From an uncultured Eubacteriales bacterium (GTDB lineage: Bacteria; Bacillota; Clostridia; Peptostreptococcales; JAAYPU01), in the NCBI GenBank assembly GCA_964553505.1, contig CAZKKX010000001.1, positions 2,243-66,242 on the forward strand: a stretch of 64,000 nucleotides of DNA, in the 5' to 3' direction. This document shows, piece by piece, positions 39,559 to 49,999 of the stretch (its first letter is position 1; each line of letters starts with the position of its first letter). Below the pieces are notes generated by a model. It worked only from the letters and a program-made list of their open reading frames with translations, had not been told where the DNA came from and searched no databases. The position numbers and the translations under genes are program-made.

Positions 39559-40677
39559 TTATATTATTTCAACCAAAACCATGGCAATATCATCTTTTAT
39601 ATGTCCCGATGTAAAATCTTTAATTTCTCTAAATATATTCGAAATAATATCTTCCCCAGATAGATGATTTTTAGTTTTTAATAATTTGTAAATTCGTTCA
39701 AACCCGAAGAATTGTGTTTTTTCATTATGTGCTTCAATAATACCATCGGTATAAAAAAATACTTTATCTCCTTTTTCTAATTTTACAGTAATGCTTTTAT
39801 GTTTAAAGTTTTCAATAATCGAACAAATAGGAAATCCATTTATATCTATTTCCTCAAGATTACCGTTATTTCGCATAATTACCGGGTAGCAATTGTGTCC
39901 GGCATTCACAAATGTTATTTCACGTGTCTTTTTATTATAAACACCGTATAGAACAGTAAAATATGTTTCGGTGTCAATTTTTAACTCCTTATAATTTCTA
40001 ACCAGATCATCGATGGTTTCTTCTACTTTTATTTTATTACTCTTTTTATTTCTCATTACTTGCCTTAAAAACATTGTAAACATCGAAGCACTGACACCAT
40101 GTCCGGATACATCTGCAATATAAATACCAATATGATCCTCGTCGATTTCAATAATATCGAATATATCGCCGCCTAAAAATTCACTCGGTTCATATTTTGC
40201 CGATACTTTCATACATCCACCGTATAATGCATTCTCGGGAATTATTTTGTTTTGCAATTGTTTTGCAAAGTTTAAATCTGTTTTCATTTTTGAATATTGT
40301 TCATATATTTTTCCTTCCATTTCTTTCTGTTCTGTAATATCTCTGAAGACTTCAACAGAATACACCTGATTTGTTTTTTCATTAAGTACCGGTGAGCTAA
40401 CTACAGAATAAATACTTGGCCCCAGCTTCTCTTCTTTGCTATAAGATTTAAAGGATTCTAAGCTTTTTTTTGTTATACAATCCAAACATTTTTGAGTCTT
40501 GTTAATCGCTTCATAGCATTTTTTTCCTACTAAATCTCCGAATATTTCTCGCATAATTTTATTCATAAAAACAACGTTGCCATTTTTATCTATAACACGA
40601 ACCATATCCTGCATGTTTTCTAAAATATGTGTCATAAAATAACACGAACTGATTTCATCTTTTAATAATGGATCCAT
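39559..40677 (-). CDS. PAS-domain PP2C (SpoIIE/RsbU/RsbP-type) serine phosphatase
   Basis: N-terminal PAS (MVRVIDKNGNVVFMN...GKKCYEA) and a C-terminal PPM domain (GGDIFDII, IADVSGHGVSASM, FFYTDGIIEA, DDIAMVLV). Confidence 0.88.
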   Translation of the reverse strand: MDPLLKDEISSCYFMTHILENMQDMVRVIDKNGNVVFMNKIMREIFGDLVGKKCYEAINKTQKCLDCITKKSLESFKSYSKEEKLGPSIYSVVSSPVLNEKTNQVYSVEVFRDITEQKEMEGKIYEQYSKMKTDLNFAKQLQNKIIPENALYGGCMKVSAKYEPSEFLGGDIFDIIEIDEDHIGIYIADVSGHGVSASMFTMFLRQVMRNKKSNKIKVEETIDDLVRNYKELKIDTETYFTVLYGVYNKKTREITFVNAGHNCYPVIMRNNGNLEEIDINGFPICSIIENFKHKSITVKLEKGDKVFFYTDGIIEAHNEKTQFFGFERIYKLLKTKNHLSGEDIISNIFREIKDFTSGHIKDDIAMVLVEII

Positions 40678-40785
40678 ATTATTCTCCTTCTCGCAGAGTA
40701 ATTTGGCTTTTATGTATAATATTATATATTAAGTTCAAGGGTCTTTTCAATGTATAACTTAGTTCTGATTAATTTGAATAATAAA

Positions 40786-40816
40786 ACAGCATCAATTTGT
40801 TTTGATAATGCTGTTG
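40786..40816 (-). terminator. Terminator after parB
   Basis: Minus strand AACAGCAT-N15-ATGCTGTT followed by TTTATTATT. Confidence 0.6.
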
Positions 40817-40830
40817 AAAATTTTAAGGAA

Positions 40831-40846
40831 TGTTTCACGTGAAACA
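40831..40846. promoter_or_regulatory. parS centromere site TGTTTCACGTGAAACA
   Basis: Perfect 16-bp palindrome matching the Firmicute parS consensus TGTTNCACGTGAAACA. It is embedded in a longer 36-bp palindrome (40821-40856), 20 nt after the parB stop. Confidence 0.9.
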
Positions 40847-40865
40847 TTCCTTAAAATATTTATTT

Positions 40866-41732
40866 TTATCCTTTTTCTTTTGATGTAATAATATCTATCA
40901 ATCTCTCCAGTTCTTCCATGCTATAATATTCTATCTCTATCTTCCCTTTTTTTCTTCCTTGAGTGATACTAATTTTTGTCCCCAAAATTCTTTGTAAGTC
41001 TTTTTCGATACCGGTTATTTCCGGATCTTGATTTTTGGGGTTTCCACTCTTCCTTTTATTCTTCTTTTTATTTTGAACAGCCGCTTCAATTTGTCTTACC
41101 GAAAAACCCTTTGCAATAATCTCTTTCGCTAAAGCGTTCTGTGCTTTCTTGTCTTCAATATTAATTAAAGCTCGTGCATGTCCGCTGGATATTTTATTGT
41201 CTAATATCATCTCTTGAATACTATCAGAAAGCTTAAGCAATCTTAATGCATTCGAGATGTAAGGCCGGCTTTTCCCCACATTATTGGACACATCTTCCTG
41301 TGTCATGCCATATGTTTGGATCATATATTCAAAAGCTTTAGCCTCTTCGATGGCATTTAAATCTTCTCTTTGTAAATTCTCTATTATAGATACCAACATA
41401 TGGTGCTTTCCGTCAATATCTTTAATGATGCAAGGAATCTCTTTGAGCTTTACTTTTCTGGCAGCACGCCATCTTCTTTCTCCTGCAATTATTTCATAAC
41501 CCGTATTCGTAGGTTTAACCAAAATAGGTTGAATAATACCGTGTTTTTTTATTGATTCAGATAATTCATCTATTTTTTCGGATTTAAAAATTTTCCTTGG
41601 TTGATTTTGATTAGGGTAGATTTTATTTATATCGATAAACATAATATCTTTATCACTGGTTTCATTGATTCTAATATCTGTAAATAATGCTTCAAGTCCT
41701 TTACCCAATGCTTTTCCTCTGTTTCCCGCCAT
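40866..41732 (-). CDS. parB: Chromosome partitioning protein ParB/Spo0J
   Basis: ParB N-terminal box (IQPILV...YEIIAGERRWRAA), an HTH and a C-terminal dimerisation region. Follows parA. Confidence 0.93.
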   Translation of the reverse strand: MAGNRGKALGKGLEALFTDIRINETSDKDIMFIDINKIYPNQNQPRKIFKSEKIDELSESIKKHGIIQPILVKPTNTGYEIIAGERRWRAARKVKLKEIPCIIKDIDGKHHMLVSIIENLQREDLNAIEEAKAFEYMIQTYGMTQEDVSNNVGKSRPYISNALRLLKLSDSIQEMILDNKISSGHARALINIEDKKAQNALAKEIIAKGFSVRQIEAAVQNKKKNKRKSGNPKNQDPEITGIEKDLQRILGTKISITQGRKKGKIEIEYYSMEELERLIDIITSKEKG

Positions 41733-42508
41733 TACTGATTCTCTCCTTCAAGTTCTAAAAATTCATCAGCAAAATCCAGATAAGCTTCCGCACCTTTTGA
41801 TTTTGGGTCATATTCAACAATAGGAAGTCCATAACTGGGGGCCTCCGCAAGTCTTATATTTCTTGGAATAATAGTTGTATAGACTTTTTCTTTGAAATAT
41901 CTTTTAACTTCATCAACGACCTGAATAGCCAGATTTGTTCTTCCGTCAAACATACTGAGGATTACTCCCTGTATTTCAAGATTCGGGTTTAGGTTTCTTT
42001 TAACTAAATCCACTGTGCTCATCAGTTGGCTCACGCCCTCCAATGCATAAAATTCACATTGAATAGGTATAAGAACACTGTCTACTGCTGTAAGTGAATT
42101 AATCGTCAATAAACCTAAAGAAGGAGGACAATCAATAAAAGTATAATCATAATTGAGCTTTATAGAATCAATCACCTTTTTAAGTCTTTTTTCTCTTGCT
42201 TCCATTTCTACTAACTCAATTTCTGCACCTGCTAACTTAACACTTGAAGGTAATATATCCAGATTATTTATACAAGTTGAAAGAACAGCTTCACTGGGGT
42301 GAAGAGTATCATTAATTAACACTTCATAAACAGATAAATCAAGGTTCTTTTTATCAATACCTATCCCACTTGTTGTATTTCCTTGGGGGTCTATGTCAAT
42401 TATAAGTACTTTTTTTCCTTTCGAAGCCAAACAAGCCCCTAAATTTATGTTCGTGGTTGTTTTTCCTACACCGCCTTTTTGATTAAAAATTGCAATAGCT
42501 TTACCCAA
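41732..42508 (-). CDS. parA: Chromosome partitioning ATPase ParA/Soj
   Basis: Deviant Walker A KGGVGKTT. Probable TTG start at 42508, 6 nt after GAGGTG; the ORF-track start at 42562 adds an implausible leader. Confidence 0.93.
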   Translation of the reverse strand: MGKAIAIFNQKGGVGKTTTNINLGACLASKGKKVLIIDIDPQGNTTSGIGIDKKNLDLSVYEVLINDTLHPSEAVLSTCINNLDILPSSVKLAGAEIELVEMEAREKRLKKVIDSIKLNYDYTFIDCPPSLGLLTINSLTAVDSVLIPIQCEFYALEGVSQLMSTVDLVKRNLNPNLEIQGVILSMFDGRTNLAIQVVDEVKRYFKEKVYTTIIPRNIRLAEAPSYGLPIVEYDPKSKGAEAYLDFADEFLELEGENQ

Positions 42509-42590
42509 ACTTAACACCTCTTTTGCTATATTATATAGGTATATACATATATTATAAAACATTATTTGGGTTTTTGCTCGTTTTTTTTAA

Positions 42591-42606
42591 TGTTTCACGT
42601 GAAACA
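42591..42606. promoter_or_regulatory. Second parS site TGTTTCACGTGAAACA
   Basis: Identical perfect 16-bp palindrome in the noc-parA intergenic region. Confidence 0.9.
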
Positions 42607-42610
42607 TCTC

Positions 42611-43432
42611 TTATGCTAAGGAAGATTCCTCATTTTTTGATTCATTTTTTGGTATTTTTATTAATATCTCCATATAATGCCCATTGTCATTTTGAATATA
42701 TTCCGCATTTTTTTCTACTTCTTTAATTGAGTTAAAAGCCTTTTTTAATGTATTGATATAAATATTATAATGTATACATTTTTTTATAGAAGACCTTTTT
42801 TGTTGATTGTTTATATTTTCTATTATGGATTCCACTAATAGCTCCGTATCATATACATTTAGTTTTTTATCGATTATAACATTTGTCACATTCTTTATGT
42901 CAACACTCTCCGGAAGTTTTAATAAAGCACGTGCATGCCTTTCTGTAAACCCTTTGTCTACAAGTTGCCTTTGGATTGTTTTGGGTAAATTGAGAATTCG
43001 AATTTTGTTTGAAATGGTAGATTGATTCTTCCCTACTTTATCTGCTATTTCTTTCTGGGTTAATTTATACTCATCCATTAAATTTTTATAAGCTGCTGCT
43101 TCTTCTATAAAATTTAAGTTCTCTCTTTGTATATTTTCTACTAATGACCATATAGCCATATCCTTCTCATCTATATCTTTTAGAATTACCGGAACTTTTT
43201 TCAAACCTGCAATTTTAGCTGCTCTTAATCTTCTTTCCCCTGCAATAAGGCAATATGTCGATTCAGTTAACTTCTTTGCAATTATTGGCTGCATTACACC
43301 CATTTTTTTAATTGAATTTGCTAAATCTAACATTTCATTTTCGCTAAAATCTCTTCTCGGTTGATCTGGGTTCGGTAAAATTCTTTCTATGGATATATTC
43401 TGTATTTCATTCTTTTTTGAATTAAAAAACAT
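42611..43432 (-). CDS. noc: ParB-like nucleoid occlusion protein Noc
   Basis: ParB-family fold (QPIIAKK...YCLIAGERRLRAA). Position between rsmG and parA, as for Firmicute noc. Confidence 0.8.
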   Translation of the reverse strand: MFFNSKKNEIQNISIERILPNPDQPRRDFSENEMLDLANSIKKMGVMQPIIAKKLTESTYCLIAGERRLRAAKIAGLKKVPVILKDIDEKDMAIWSLVENIQRENLNFIEEAAAYKNLMDEYKLTQKEIADKVGKNQSTISNKIRILNLPKTIQRQLVDKGFTERHARALLKLPESVDIKNVTNVIIDKKLNVYDTELLVESIIENINNQQKRSSIKKCIHYNIYINTLKKAFNSIKEVEKNAEYIQNDNGHYMEILIKIPKNESKNEESSLA

Positions 43433-43515
43433 TTTAACACCCCCGAATGCTTAATAATTCTATTTTCATTAAATGAATCCTTTAGTTTTCGTGCAACAAA
43501 AAACCCCTTAAAGCG

Positions 43516-44244
43516 TCATTTTAAGGGGTTTTTTAAGGGCATTCCTGCTTTTCTCGGATATTTTTGGGGTGTATGCTTAATTTTGTGTATATATATTATT
43601 TGGTGTTCTAAAGGGTAATCTGCAATACTGGAAGTGTACGATTGCTTTTCTATAACACCACCAAGAATCTCAATAGCATTATAACTTTCCACAATTTCTT
43701 GCTCAATATTCCTACTTTTATAAGCTGCAAAATATCCATTAATCTTAACAAAAGGCAGGCAATATTCACTTAAAACACTAAGTTTTGCAACTGCTCTGGA
43801 TAAGCATAAATCGTACTTTTCTCTATGGTCTTTATCTTTTCCAAGGTCCTCTGCTCTTCCGTGATACATTTTTACATTATTAATATTTAATTTTTTAGTA
43901 ACTTTAGATAAAAATTGAATTCTTTTATTTAAAGAATCTAATAGAAAGAATCGCTTGTCTTCAAAAATAATACTTAAAGGAATACCGGGGAACCCTGCAC
44001 CGGTACCAATATCGATAATATTATTTGAATCTTTCATTCTTGAAAAAGAAGCGCACATAACAGAATCTATAAAATGCTTTATTATAAATTCTTTTTCATC
44101 TGTAATTGATGTTAGATTAATATTCTTATTCTCTTCTAAAACCATATTTTGATAAAAAGATAGTTTTTCAATTTGTTGGGGTGTAACTAAAATATTTAAT
44201 GTTTTCAGAGCGCTCCTGAGTAAGTTCATATGTTCCGAATTCAT
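43516..44244 (-). CDS. rsmG: 16S rRNA (guanine527-N7)-methyltransferase RsmG (GidB)
   Basis: SAM motif [14 protein letters not shown]. Synteny after mnmG. Confidence 0.92.
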   Translation of the reverse strand: MNSEHMNLLRSALKTLNILVTPQQIEKLSFYQNMVLEENKNINLTSITDEKEFIIKHFIDSVMCASFSRMKDSNNIIDIGTGAGFPGIPLSIIFEDKRFFLLDSLNKRIQFLSKVTKKLNINNVKMYHGRAEDLGKDKDHREKYDLCLSRAVAKLSVLSEYCLPFVKINGYFAAYKSRNIEQEIVESYNAIEILGGVIEKQSYTSSIADYPLEHQIIYIHKIKHTPQKYPRKAGMPLKNPLK

Positions 44245-46127
44245 CTTTTTGGTTTCCTTCTTTCTTTTTCAAGATGTATTAATAACACATTAATATCAGC
44301 AGGAGATACTCCTGAAATTCTTGATGCTTGTCCTACAGATAAAGGTCTGAAGTTTGTTAGCTTCTGTTGTGCTTCTATACGTAAACCTTGTATTTCCGAA
44401 TATTTTAAATCCGGATCGAGTCTTTTGTTTTCAAGTTTCTTGAATTTCTCAATTTGCTGCATTTGTTTTTCTATATATCCGGAATACTTTATTTGTATCT
44501 CTATTTGTTCACTGATTCTATCATCTATAATAGGTCTATCTTTATCTATTTCTAACAAATCACTATATTTAATTTCAGGCCTCTTAAGTAATTCTAAAAT
44601 TGTTACCTTGTTTTTTACACAACTACTATTATGCTTTTTCAGAAATGGGTTGGCATCTTTAGGCGTTATATATGTTGTTTCAACTCTATTCATTTCCTGT
44701 TTTATTATTTCTTTCTTTTTTAAAAATTTATGATATCTGTCGTCACTGATCAAACCTATTTTAAATCCTTTTTCGGTAAGGCGTAAATCAGCATTATCTT
44801 GTCTTAATACAAGTCTGTATTCTGCTCTTGATGTCATGATTCTATAAGGCTCATTTGTTCCTTTTGTAACCAAATCATCTATCAATACTCCTATATATGC
44901 TTCTGATCGGTCTAATAAAAAAGGAGCTTTTCCATTAATCTTATGCGCAGCGTTTATGCCTGCCATTAATCCCTGTGCCGCGGCTTCTTCATATCCGGAA
45001 CTGCCGTTGAATTGTCCTGCACAAAATAGATTTTTCATTTTTTTATGCTCCAAAGATAGATTCAAATTTATAGGGTCAATACAATCATATTCTATTGCAT
45101 AAGCAGGCCTAACAAATTTTACATTTTCTAAGCCTGGAATAGTCCTATAAAATTTTTCCTGAACATCTTCCGGTAAACTGGTAGACATACCCTGAACATA
45201 AACTTCATCCGTATTCAACCCTTCAGGCTCTATAAACAATTGATGTCTTTCTTTATCTGCAAAGCGTACCAGTTTGTCTTCAATTGAAGGGCAGTACCTG
45301 GGTCCAATTCCTTCAATCTGTCCACCATATAAAGCAGAACGTTTTATATTATCCAATATAACAGTATGGGTTTCTTTATTTGTATAAGTTAGCCAACATG
45401 ATACACGACTTTTATGAAGATAATTATTCATAAAAGAAAAAGGTATAGTTTCTTTATCTCCGGGCTGTTCCAGCATTTTATCATAATTTAAAGTTTTTCC
45501 GTCTACTCTTGCAGGTGTACCGGTTTTAAATCTTCGAAGGGAAATTCCATGTTTTTTAAGATTATCGGAAAGATCATTCGCCGGGGAAAGACCACTGGGA
45601 CCTCCCTCATAACTCCATTCTCCAATAAAAATCTTTCCTTTTAGAAAGGTTCCCGTTGCAATAATAACAGCCTTGGCTTCATAAATTGCACCTGTTTTAG
45701 TAATTACCCCTTTTACGGTTTGATTTTCTACTATTATATCTGTAACTTCTCCTTGTCTTAGATCTAAATTGTTTTGCCTTTCAAGAACTTTCTTCATTTC
45801 AATATGGTAAATATGTTTATCGGCTTGCATTCTTAAAGAGTGAACGGCAGGTCCTTTAGCTGTATTAAGCATTCTCGACTGAATAGAAGCTTTGTCAATA
45901 TTAACGCCCATTTCGCCACCTAACGCATCAATCTCTCTTACCAAATGAGCTTTTCCTGTAGCCCCTACAGACGGATTACATGCCATCAATGCAATAGCTT
46001 CCAAATTGATTGAAAAAATTATAGTTTTTAACCCTAACCGTGCAGAAGCCAATGCAGCCTCACAACCTGCATGTCCTGCCCCAACAACGATTACATCATA
46101 TTTTCCAATATAAAAATTTTCAGCCAT
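44241..46127 (-). CDS. mnmG: tRNA uridine 5-carboxymethylaminomethyl modification enzyme MnmG (GidA)
   Basis: [19 protein letters not shown] motif. Start at ATG 46127. Conserved throughout. Confidence 0.96.
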   Translation of the reverse strand: MAENFYIGKYDVIVVGAGHAGCEAALASARLGLKTIIFSINLEAIALMACNPSVGATGKAHLVREIDALGGEMGVNIDKASIQSRMLNTAKGPAVHSLRMQADKHIYHIEMKKVLERQNNLDLRQGEVTDIIVENQTVKGVITKTGAIYEAKAVIIATGTFLKGKIFIGEWSYEGGPSGLSPANDLSDNLKKHGISLRRFKTGTPARVDGKTLNYDKMLEQPGDKETIPFSFMNNYLHKSRVSCWLTYTNKETHTVILDNIKRSALYGGQIEGIGPRYCPSIEDKLVRFADKERHQLFIEPEGLNTDEVYVQGMSTSLPEDVQEKFYRTIPGLENVKFVRPAYAIEYDCIDPINLNLSLEHKKMKNLFCAGQFNGSSGYEEAAAQGLMAGINAAHKINGKAPFLLDRSEAYIGVLIDDLVTKGTNEPYRIMTSRAEYRLVLRQDNADLRLTEKGFKIGLISDDRYHKFLKKKEIIKQEMNRVETTYITPKDANPFLKKHNSSCVKNKVTILELLKRPEIKYSDLLEIDKDRPIIDDRISEQIEIQIKYSGYIEKQMQQIEKFKKLENKRLDPDLKYSEIQGLRIEAQQKLTNFRPLSVGQASRISGVSPADINVLLIHLEKERRKPKR

Positions 46128-46144
46128 ATTATCGCCCCTATTGA

Positions 46145-47518
46145 TTATTTGCCAAGACAAAATCTTGCAAAAACTTCGTCTATAATATCTTCTGTGATAG
46201 ATTCTCCTATTATTTCCCCTAAAGATTCCCAGGCATTTCTTAAATCAATTTCTATAAAATCCAAGGCCTCTTTTCTCTTTAACATACTAACCGCATCAAT
46301 TATGTAATTTTTAGATTTCTCAAGAAGGTTTTTATGACGAACATTCGTAATAAAAAGATTATTGTCTTGCCTTATCTGTCCTGTATAAACCATATCGGAA
46401 ATGGTTTTTTCTAATTCCTTTAACCCCTGCCCTTCCTTGATTGAAGTATATATTATTTTTTTATTCACTAATTTTTTTCTAACTTCTTCAATATCACATT
46501 TAACCGGCAAATCTGTTTTATTGAAAAGAATAATTGCTTTTTTGTTTTTCAATAATTCCATAATCATAAAATCTTCATGCGTCAATTCTTCTGCTGCATT
46601 CAAAATAAAGATGATGACGTCACCTTTATTAAAAGTTTCCTTTGTCTTTTCTACGCCTATCTTCTCCACTTGATCACTGGTTTCTCTAATGCCTGCGGTA
46701 TCTATAATTATTAAAGGAATACCATTAATATTCAACATTTCTTCTATAATATCCCGTGTAGTCCCCGGTATTTCCGTAACAATAGCTCTGGACTCTTTTA
46801 GTAAAGCATTTAATAAAGATGATTTCCCTACATTTGGTTTACCTATTATAACTGTTCGTAGACCTTCCTTTATTATTTTACCTGTCTCTGAAGAATCAAT
46901 TAAATAATTAATTCTTTTTAATATATCGTTTATTTGCGATAATAAATCATTATAAGTTATTTCTTCTATATCTTCATCAGGATATTCTATATTTACTGTT
47001 ATATGTGCAATAATCTGAAGAAGTTTATCTCTAATTTCTTGTATACTAAAAGAAAGGTTCCCTTCCAATTGTTTAAGGGCAATATCAAAACCTTTATCGG
47101 TTTTAGACGATATCAAATCAATTACTGCTTCTGCCTGTGATAAATCAATTCTTCCATTAAGAAAAGCTCTTTTCGTAAATTCGCCTTTTTCGGCAAGTCT
47201 AACACCATTTTTTAATATTAACTCAAGAATCCTGCGTATTGCAATGATCCCGCCGTGGCAATTTATTTCAACAACATCTTCTTTTGTATAAGTTCGAGGC
47301 GCTTTCATATAAGCAACAAGAACTTCATCAATTATACCACCATTTTCGTATATATGACCATATATTAATTTCCTATCGTCTATTTGCGATATTTTATTTT
47401 TAGTTTTTGATTTAAATATCCTATTTATTATATCAAAAGAATTTTCTCCACTTATTCTTATTATACCTATACCTGACTCTCCAGGTGCAGTTGCTATGGC
47501 TGCAATAGTATCTTCCAT
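46145..47518 (-). CDS. mnmE: tRNA modification GTPase MnmE (TrmE)
   Basis: G1 motif [18 protein letters not shown] and the C-terminal FCLGK. Confidence 0.96.
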   Translation of the reverse strand: MEDTIAAIATAPGESGIGIIRISGENSFDIINRIFKSKTKNKISQIDDRKLIYGHIYENGGIIDEVLVAYMKAPRTYTKEDVVEINCHGGIIAIRRILELILKNGVRLAEKGEFTKRAFLNGRIDLSQAEAVIDLISSKTDKGFDIALKQLEGNLSFSIQEIRDKLLQIIAHITVNIEYPDEDIEEITYNDLLSQINDILKRINYLIDSSETGKIIKEGLRTVIIGKPNVGKSSLLNALLKESRAIVTEIPGTTRDIIEEMLNINGIPLIIIDTAGIRETSDQVEKIGVEKTKETFNKGDVIIFILNAAEELTHEDFMIMELLKNKKAIILFNKTDLPVKCDIEEVRKKLVNKKIIYTSIKEGQGLKELEKTISDMVYTGQIRQDNNLFITNVRHKNLLEKSKNYIIDAVSMLKRKEALDFIEIDLRNAWESLGEIIGESITEDIIDEVFARFCLGK

Positions 47519-47591
47519 AATTTATTCACCTTCCGAAAACCGATAAAATAAACCTGTGAATATTCACAGGTTTTTATAACAGACTTTTCTT

Positions 47592-48212
47592 TTAATTGTT
47601 TTTCAATTCAATGATAACATGTCTGTATGGATCTTCACCTTCACTTCTTGTACTTATTTTACTTTTTTGTTGTAAAGTAGCATGTATTATTCTTCTTTCA
47701 TATGGGTTCATAGGTTCTAATCGAATGCTTTTACCTGTAGTTTGAACTTTCTGAGCAAGCCTATTTGCAAGAGTTTCTAACGTTTTTTCTCTTTTTTGCC
47801 TGTAATTTTCGGCATTTATTATAATTCGAATATACTTTTCTTTGTTTTTATTAACAACCAAGCTTGTAAGATATTGAAGTGAGTCCAGGGTATGTCCTCT
47901 TTTTCCTATAATAATACCTGCATCTTTTCCTTCTATATTTATAATTATGTTTCTATCCTTATATACTGTCTGAAGTTTTACATTTATATTCATTTTATCA
48001 AAAACATCTTTTAAAAAGTTTTCTGCAATATCTTCAGGTTTTTCATTCAATGTAACTCTAACTTTTGCTAATTTAGAGCCTAATCCAAAAAAACCCTTTG
48101 TTGGCTCTTCCAACACATGTACAGTTACTTCTTCTTTTGAAACATTTAAATCATCTATGGCAAGATCAACAGCCTCTTCCACTGTTTTTCCCCACTTTTC
48201 AGAATAATCCAT
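47592..48212 (-). CDS. jag: RNA-binding protein Jag/KhpB (KH + R3H)
   Basis: IIGKRGHTLDSLQYL (KH) and ERRIIHATLQ (R3H). Synteny after yidC. Confidence 0.9.
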   Translation of the reverse strand: MDYSEKWGKTVEEAVDLAIDDLNVSKEEVTVHVLEEPTKGFFGLGSKLAKVRVTLNEKPEDIAENFLKDVFDKMNINVKLQTVYKDRNIIINIEGKDAGIIIGKRGHTLDSLQYLTSLVVNKNKEKYIRIIINAENYRQKREKTLETLANRLAQKVQTTGKSIRLEPMNPYERRIIHATLQQKSKISTRSEGEDPYRHVIIELKNN

Positions 48213-48215
48213 ATA

Positions 48216-48869
48216 TCATTCCTCCTTGACAGTCTTTTCTCTATTAGTAATATACTGTTGTACCAATTGGAATAATGTACTAATAAACCAATATAACGTT
48301 AGCCCTGCAGGAAAAGATCGCCCCCACCAGATAATCATAACAGGAAAAATATATTGCATTGCTTTTAACGAATTGTTTTGTGGCGCAGCACTTTGTGTAA
48401 TACTAAAAGAGAAGTATGTTGTTATTCCTGCTAATATTGGTAAAATCCAAGGATCAGGTTGACTCAAATCTGAAATCCAAATAAATGAATTATGTACTGC
48501 ATCAAGAAAATTTGGATCTGAAACAAATTGTTCCGGTGTTCTTAATAAAGTGAATAAACCCCAAATAATAGGGATCTGAATAAGTAAAGGCAAACATCCT
48601 CCGGCAGGATTAAATTTTTCTTCTTTATAAAGCTCCATCATTTTTGTATTCATTTTTTCTTTATCATTAGCATATTTCTTTTGTATTTCTTTTATTTTTG
48701 GCTGCATCTCTTGCATTCTTTTAGAAGACTTAAGTTGATGTGCTGTCAATGGGTATAAAGCTGCTTTTATTATAATTGTAAACAATATTATTGCAATACC
48801 ATAATTTCCAACAAACCCATTTAAAAAAAATAAAAGATATCCCAGTGGTTTTGCAATTGCTGCTATCAT
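48216..48869 (-). CDS. yidC: Membrane protein insertase YidC/SpoIIIJ family
   Basis: 217 aa. YidC motifs include LYKEEKFNPAGGCLPLLIQIPI. Confidence 0.92.
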   Translation of the reverse strand: MIAAIAKPLGYLLFFLNGFVGNYGIAIILFTIIIKAALYPLTAHQLKSSKRMQEMQPKIKEIQKKYANDKEKMNTKMMELYKEEKFNPAGGCLPLLIQIPIIWGLFTLLRTPEQFVSDPNFLDAVHNSFIWISDLSQPDPWILPILAGITTYFSFSITQSAAPQNNSLKAMQYIFPVMIIWWGRSFPAGLTLYWFISTLFQLVQQYITNREKTVKEE

Positions 48870-48889
48870 GTCATAAACCTCCTAATAAT

Positions 48890-49099
48890 CTATTTCAAAG
48901 GATCATAGCCTCCGGGATGATAAGGATTACATTTTAATATCCTTTTTATACCCAGAAAAGAGCCTTTTAATATTCCATATTTTTGGATAGCTTGTATCAT
49001 ATATTCTGAACAACTTGGGTAAAACCTGCACGAAGCAGATTTTAAAGGAGAAATAAATTTTTGATATATTTTTATTAATAATATCATAAAACTCTTCAA
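48890..49099 (-). CDS. yidD: Membrane protein insertion efficiency factor YidD
   Basis: [10 protein letters not shown] signature. 69 aa. Confidence 0.92.
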   Translation of the reverse strand: MKSFMILLIKIYQKFISPLKSASCRFYPSCSEYMIQAIQKYGILKGSFLGIKRILKCNPYHPGGYDPLK

Positions 49100-49111
49100 T
49101 TTTCTTCACTC

Positions 49112-49444
49112 TTAAAATAATTTTATTTTTTTAAGCAAATATTCGGTAGTTTTTATTAAATAATTAAAATTTACGTCAATAATATTTTTTCTTGCAATAA
49201 ATATTAAATCATATCCTTCATCTATTTTGTCTTTATATATATTGTATACTTCTTTCATTCTTCGTCGCGCTTTATTTCTTACTACGCTTTTTCCAATTTT
49301 TTTGCTTGCAAGAAAAGCAGTTCTATTATATCCTAAATTGTTTTTTTTATAAAAGATTACAATATATTTTGTAGCAAATGATTTGCCCTTATTATATATT
49401 TTTGAGAAATCCTTATTCCTCCTCAGGACATTTTTCTTTAACAT
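49112..49444 (-). CDS. rnpA: Ribonuclease P protein component
   Basis: 110 aa, basic, with the RNR-like motif (AVVRNKARRRMKE). Follows rpmH. Confidence 0.92.
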   Translation of the reverse strand: MLKKNVLRRNKDFSKIYNKGKSFATKYIVIFYKKNNLGYNRTAFLASKKIGKSVVRNKARRRMKEVYNIYKDKIDEGYDLIFIARKNIIDVNFNYLIKTTEYLLKKIKLF

Positions 49445-49469
49445 TAAACGGGCCTTCCTTCAAAATTAA

Positions 49470-49507
49470 AAAAATATTAAACAAAAAGACCACTTAATAG
49501 CGGTCTT
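49470..49507 (-). terminator. Hairpin plus T-run between rpmH and rnpA (terminator/attenuator)
   Basis: Minus strand AAGACCGCTATTAAGTGGTCTT followed by TTTGTTTAATATTTTTTT. The stem overlaps the rpmH stop codon. Confidence 0.55.
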
Positions 49508-49640
49508 ATGCTGTTAATTTTTTTCTTCCTCTTAATCTTCTTCTTTTTAAAATATTTCTACCTGACTTTGTTTTCATTCTTTTTCTAAAGCCATGTTCTT
49601 TGCTTCTCTGCCTTTTTTTAGGCTGATATGTCATTTTCAT
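49506..49640 (-). CDS. rpmH: 50S ribosomal protein L34
   Basis: My translation is [44 protein letters not shown] (44 aa), behind GGAGGTG. Below the ORF-track cutoff. Confidence 0.97.
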   Translation of the reverse strand: MKMTYQPKKRQRSKEHGFRKRMKTKSGRNILKRRRLRGRKKLTA

Positions 49641-49828
49641 TCCTAACACCTCCCATTATAGCTATATATCTAAATATCAAAAATTCCAAAACGCCGCTTA
49701 ATAATTATACCTTTGAAATACCAAGCTGTCAAGAATGATTATATTATAAAAGTTCATGATATATTATAAATATTTTAATCCAAAATATTCACTTTTTTTG
49801 TAGAACAATATGTTAATATGTTTAAAAG

Positions 49829-49960
49829 TTATCAACAGTATGTTAATAACTTTTAAGTTAGTTAAAAATTTTTGAATTGTTTTTTGAAAAAATTTTTAGT
49901 TTCTGTGGATAACATGCTATAATAATATTACTGCATTTTAATTATTCTTATTTATCCACA
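49829..49960. promoter_or_regulatory. oriC upstream DnaA-box cluster (rpmH-dnaA intergenic region)
   Basis: Perfect TTATCCACA at 49952-49960. Perfect box on the other strand (TGTGGATAA) at 49904-49912. One-mismatch TTATCAACA at 49829-49837. AT-rich context. Confidence 0.85.
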
Positions 49961-49999
49961 ATAATCATTTCATTATTTGTATCAATTAAGGGGGCAACT

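Noticed and set aside
44230-44733. 167-aa + strand ORF, and similar antisense ORFs at 1108-1867, 5102-5569, 12242-12622, 17797-18354, 30670-31113, 38490-38918, 57236-57760 and 58508-58963.
   Set aside because: All lie entirely inside strongly supported genes on the opposite strand. They have low-complexity, Ser/Phe/Ile-rich translations and no RBS. These are typical shadow ORFs in AT-rich DNA.
48927-49109. 60-aa ORF overlapping yidD in another frame.
   Set aside because: The yidD frame carries the conserved [10 protein letters not shown] signature. The alternative frame has no recognisable features.
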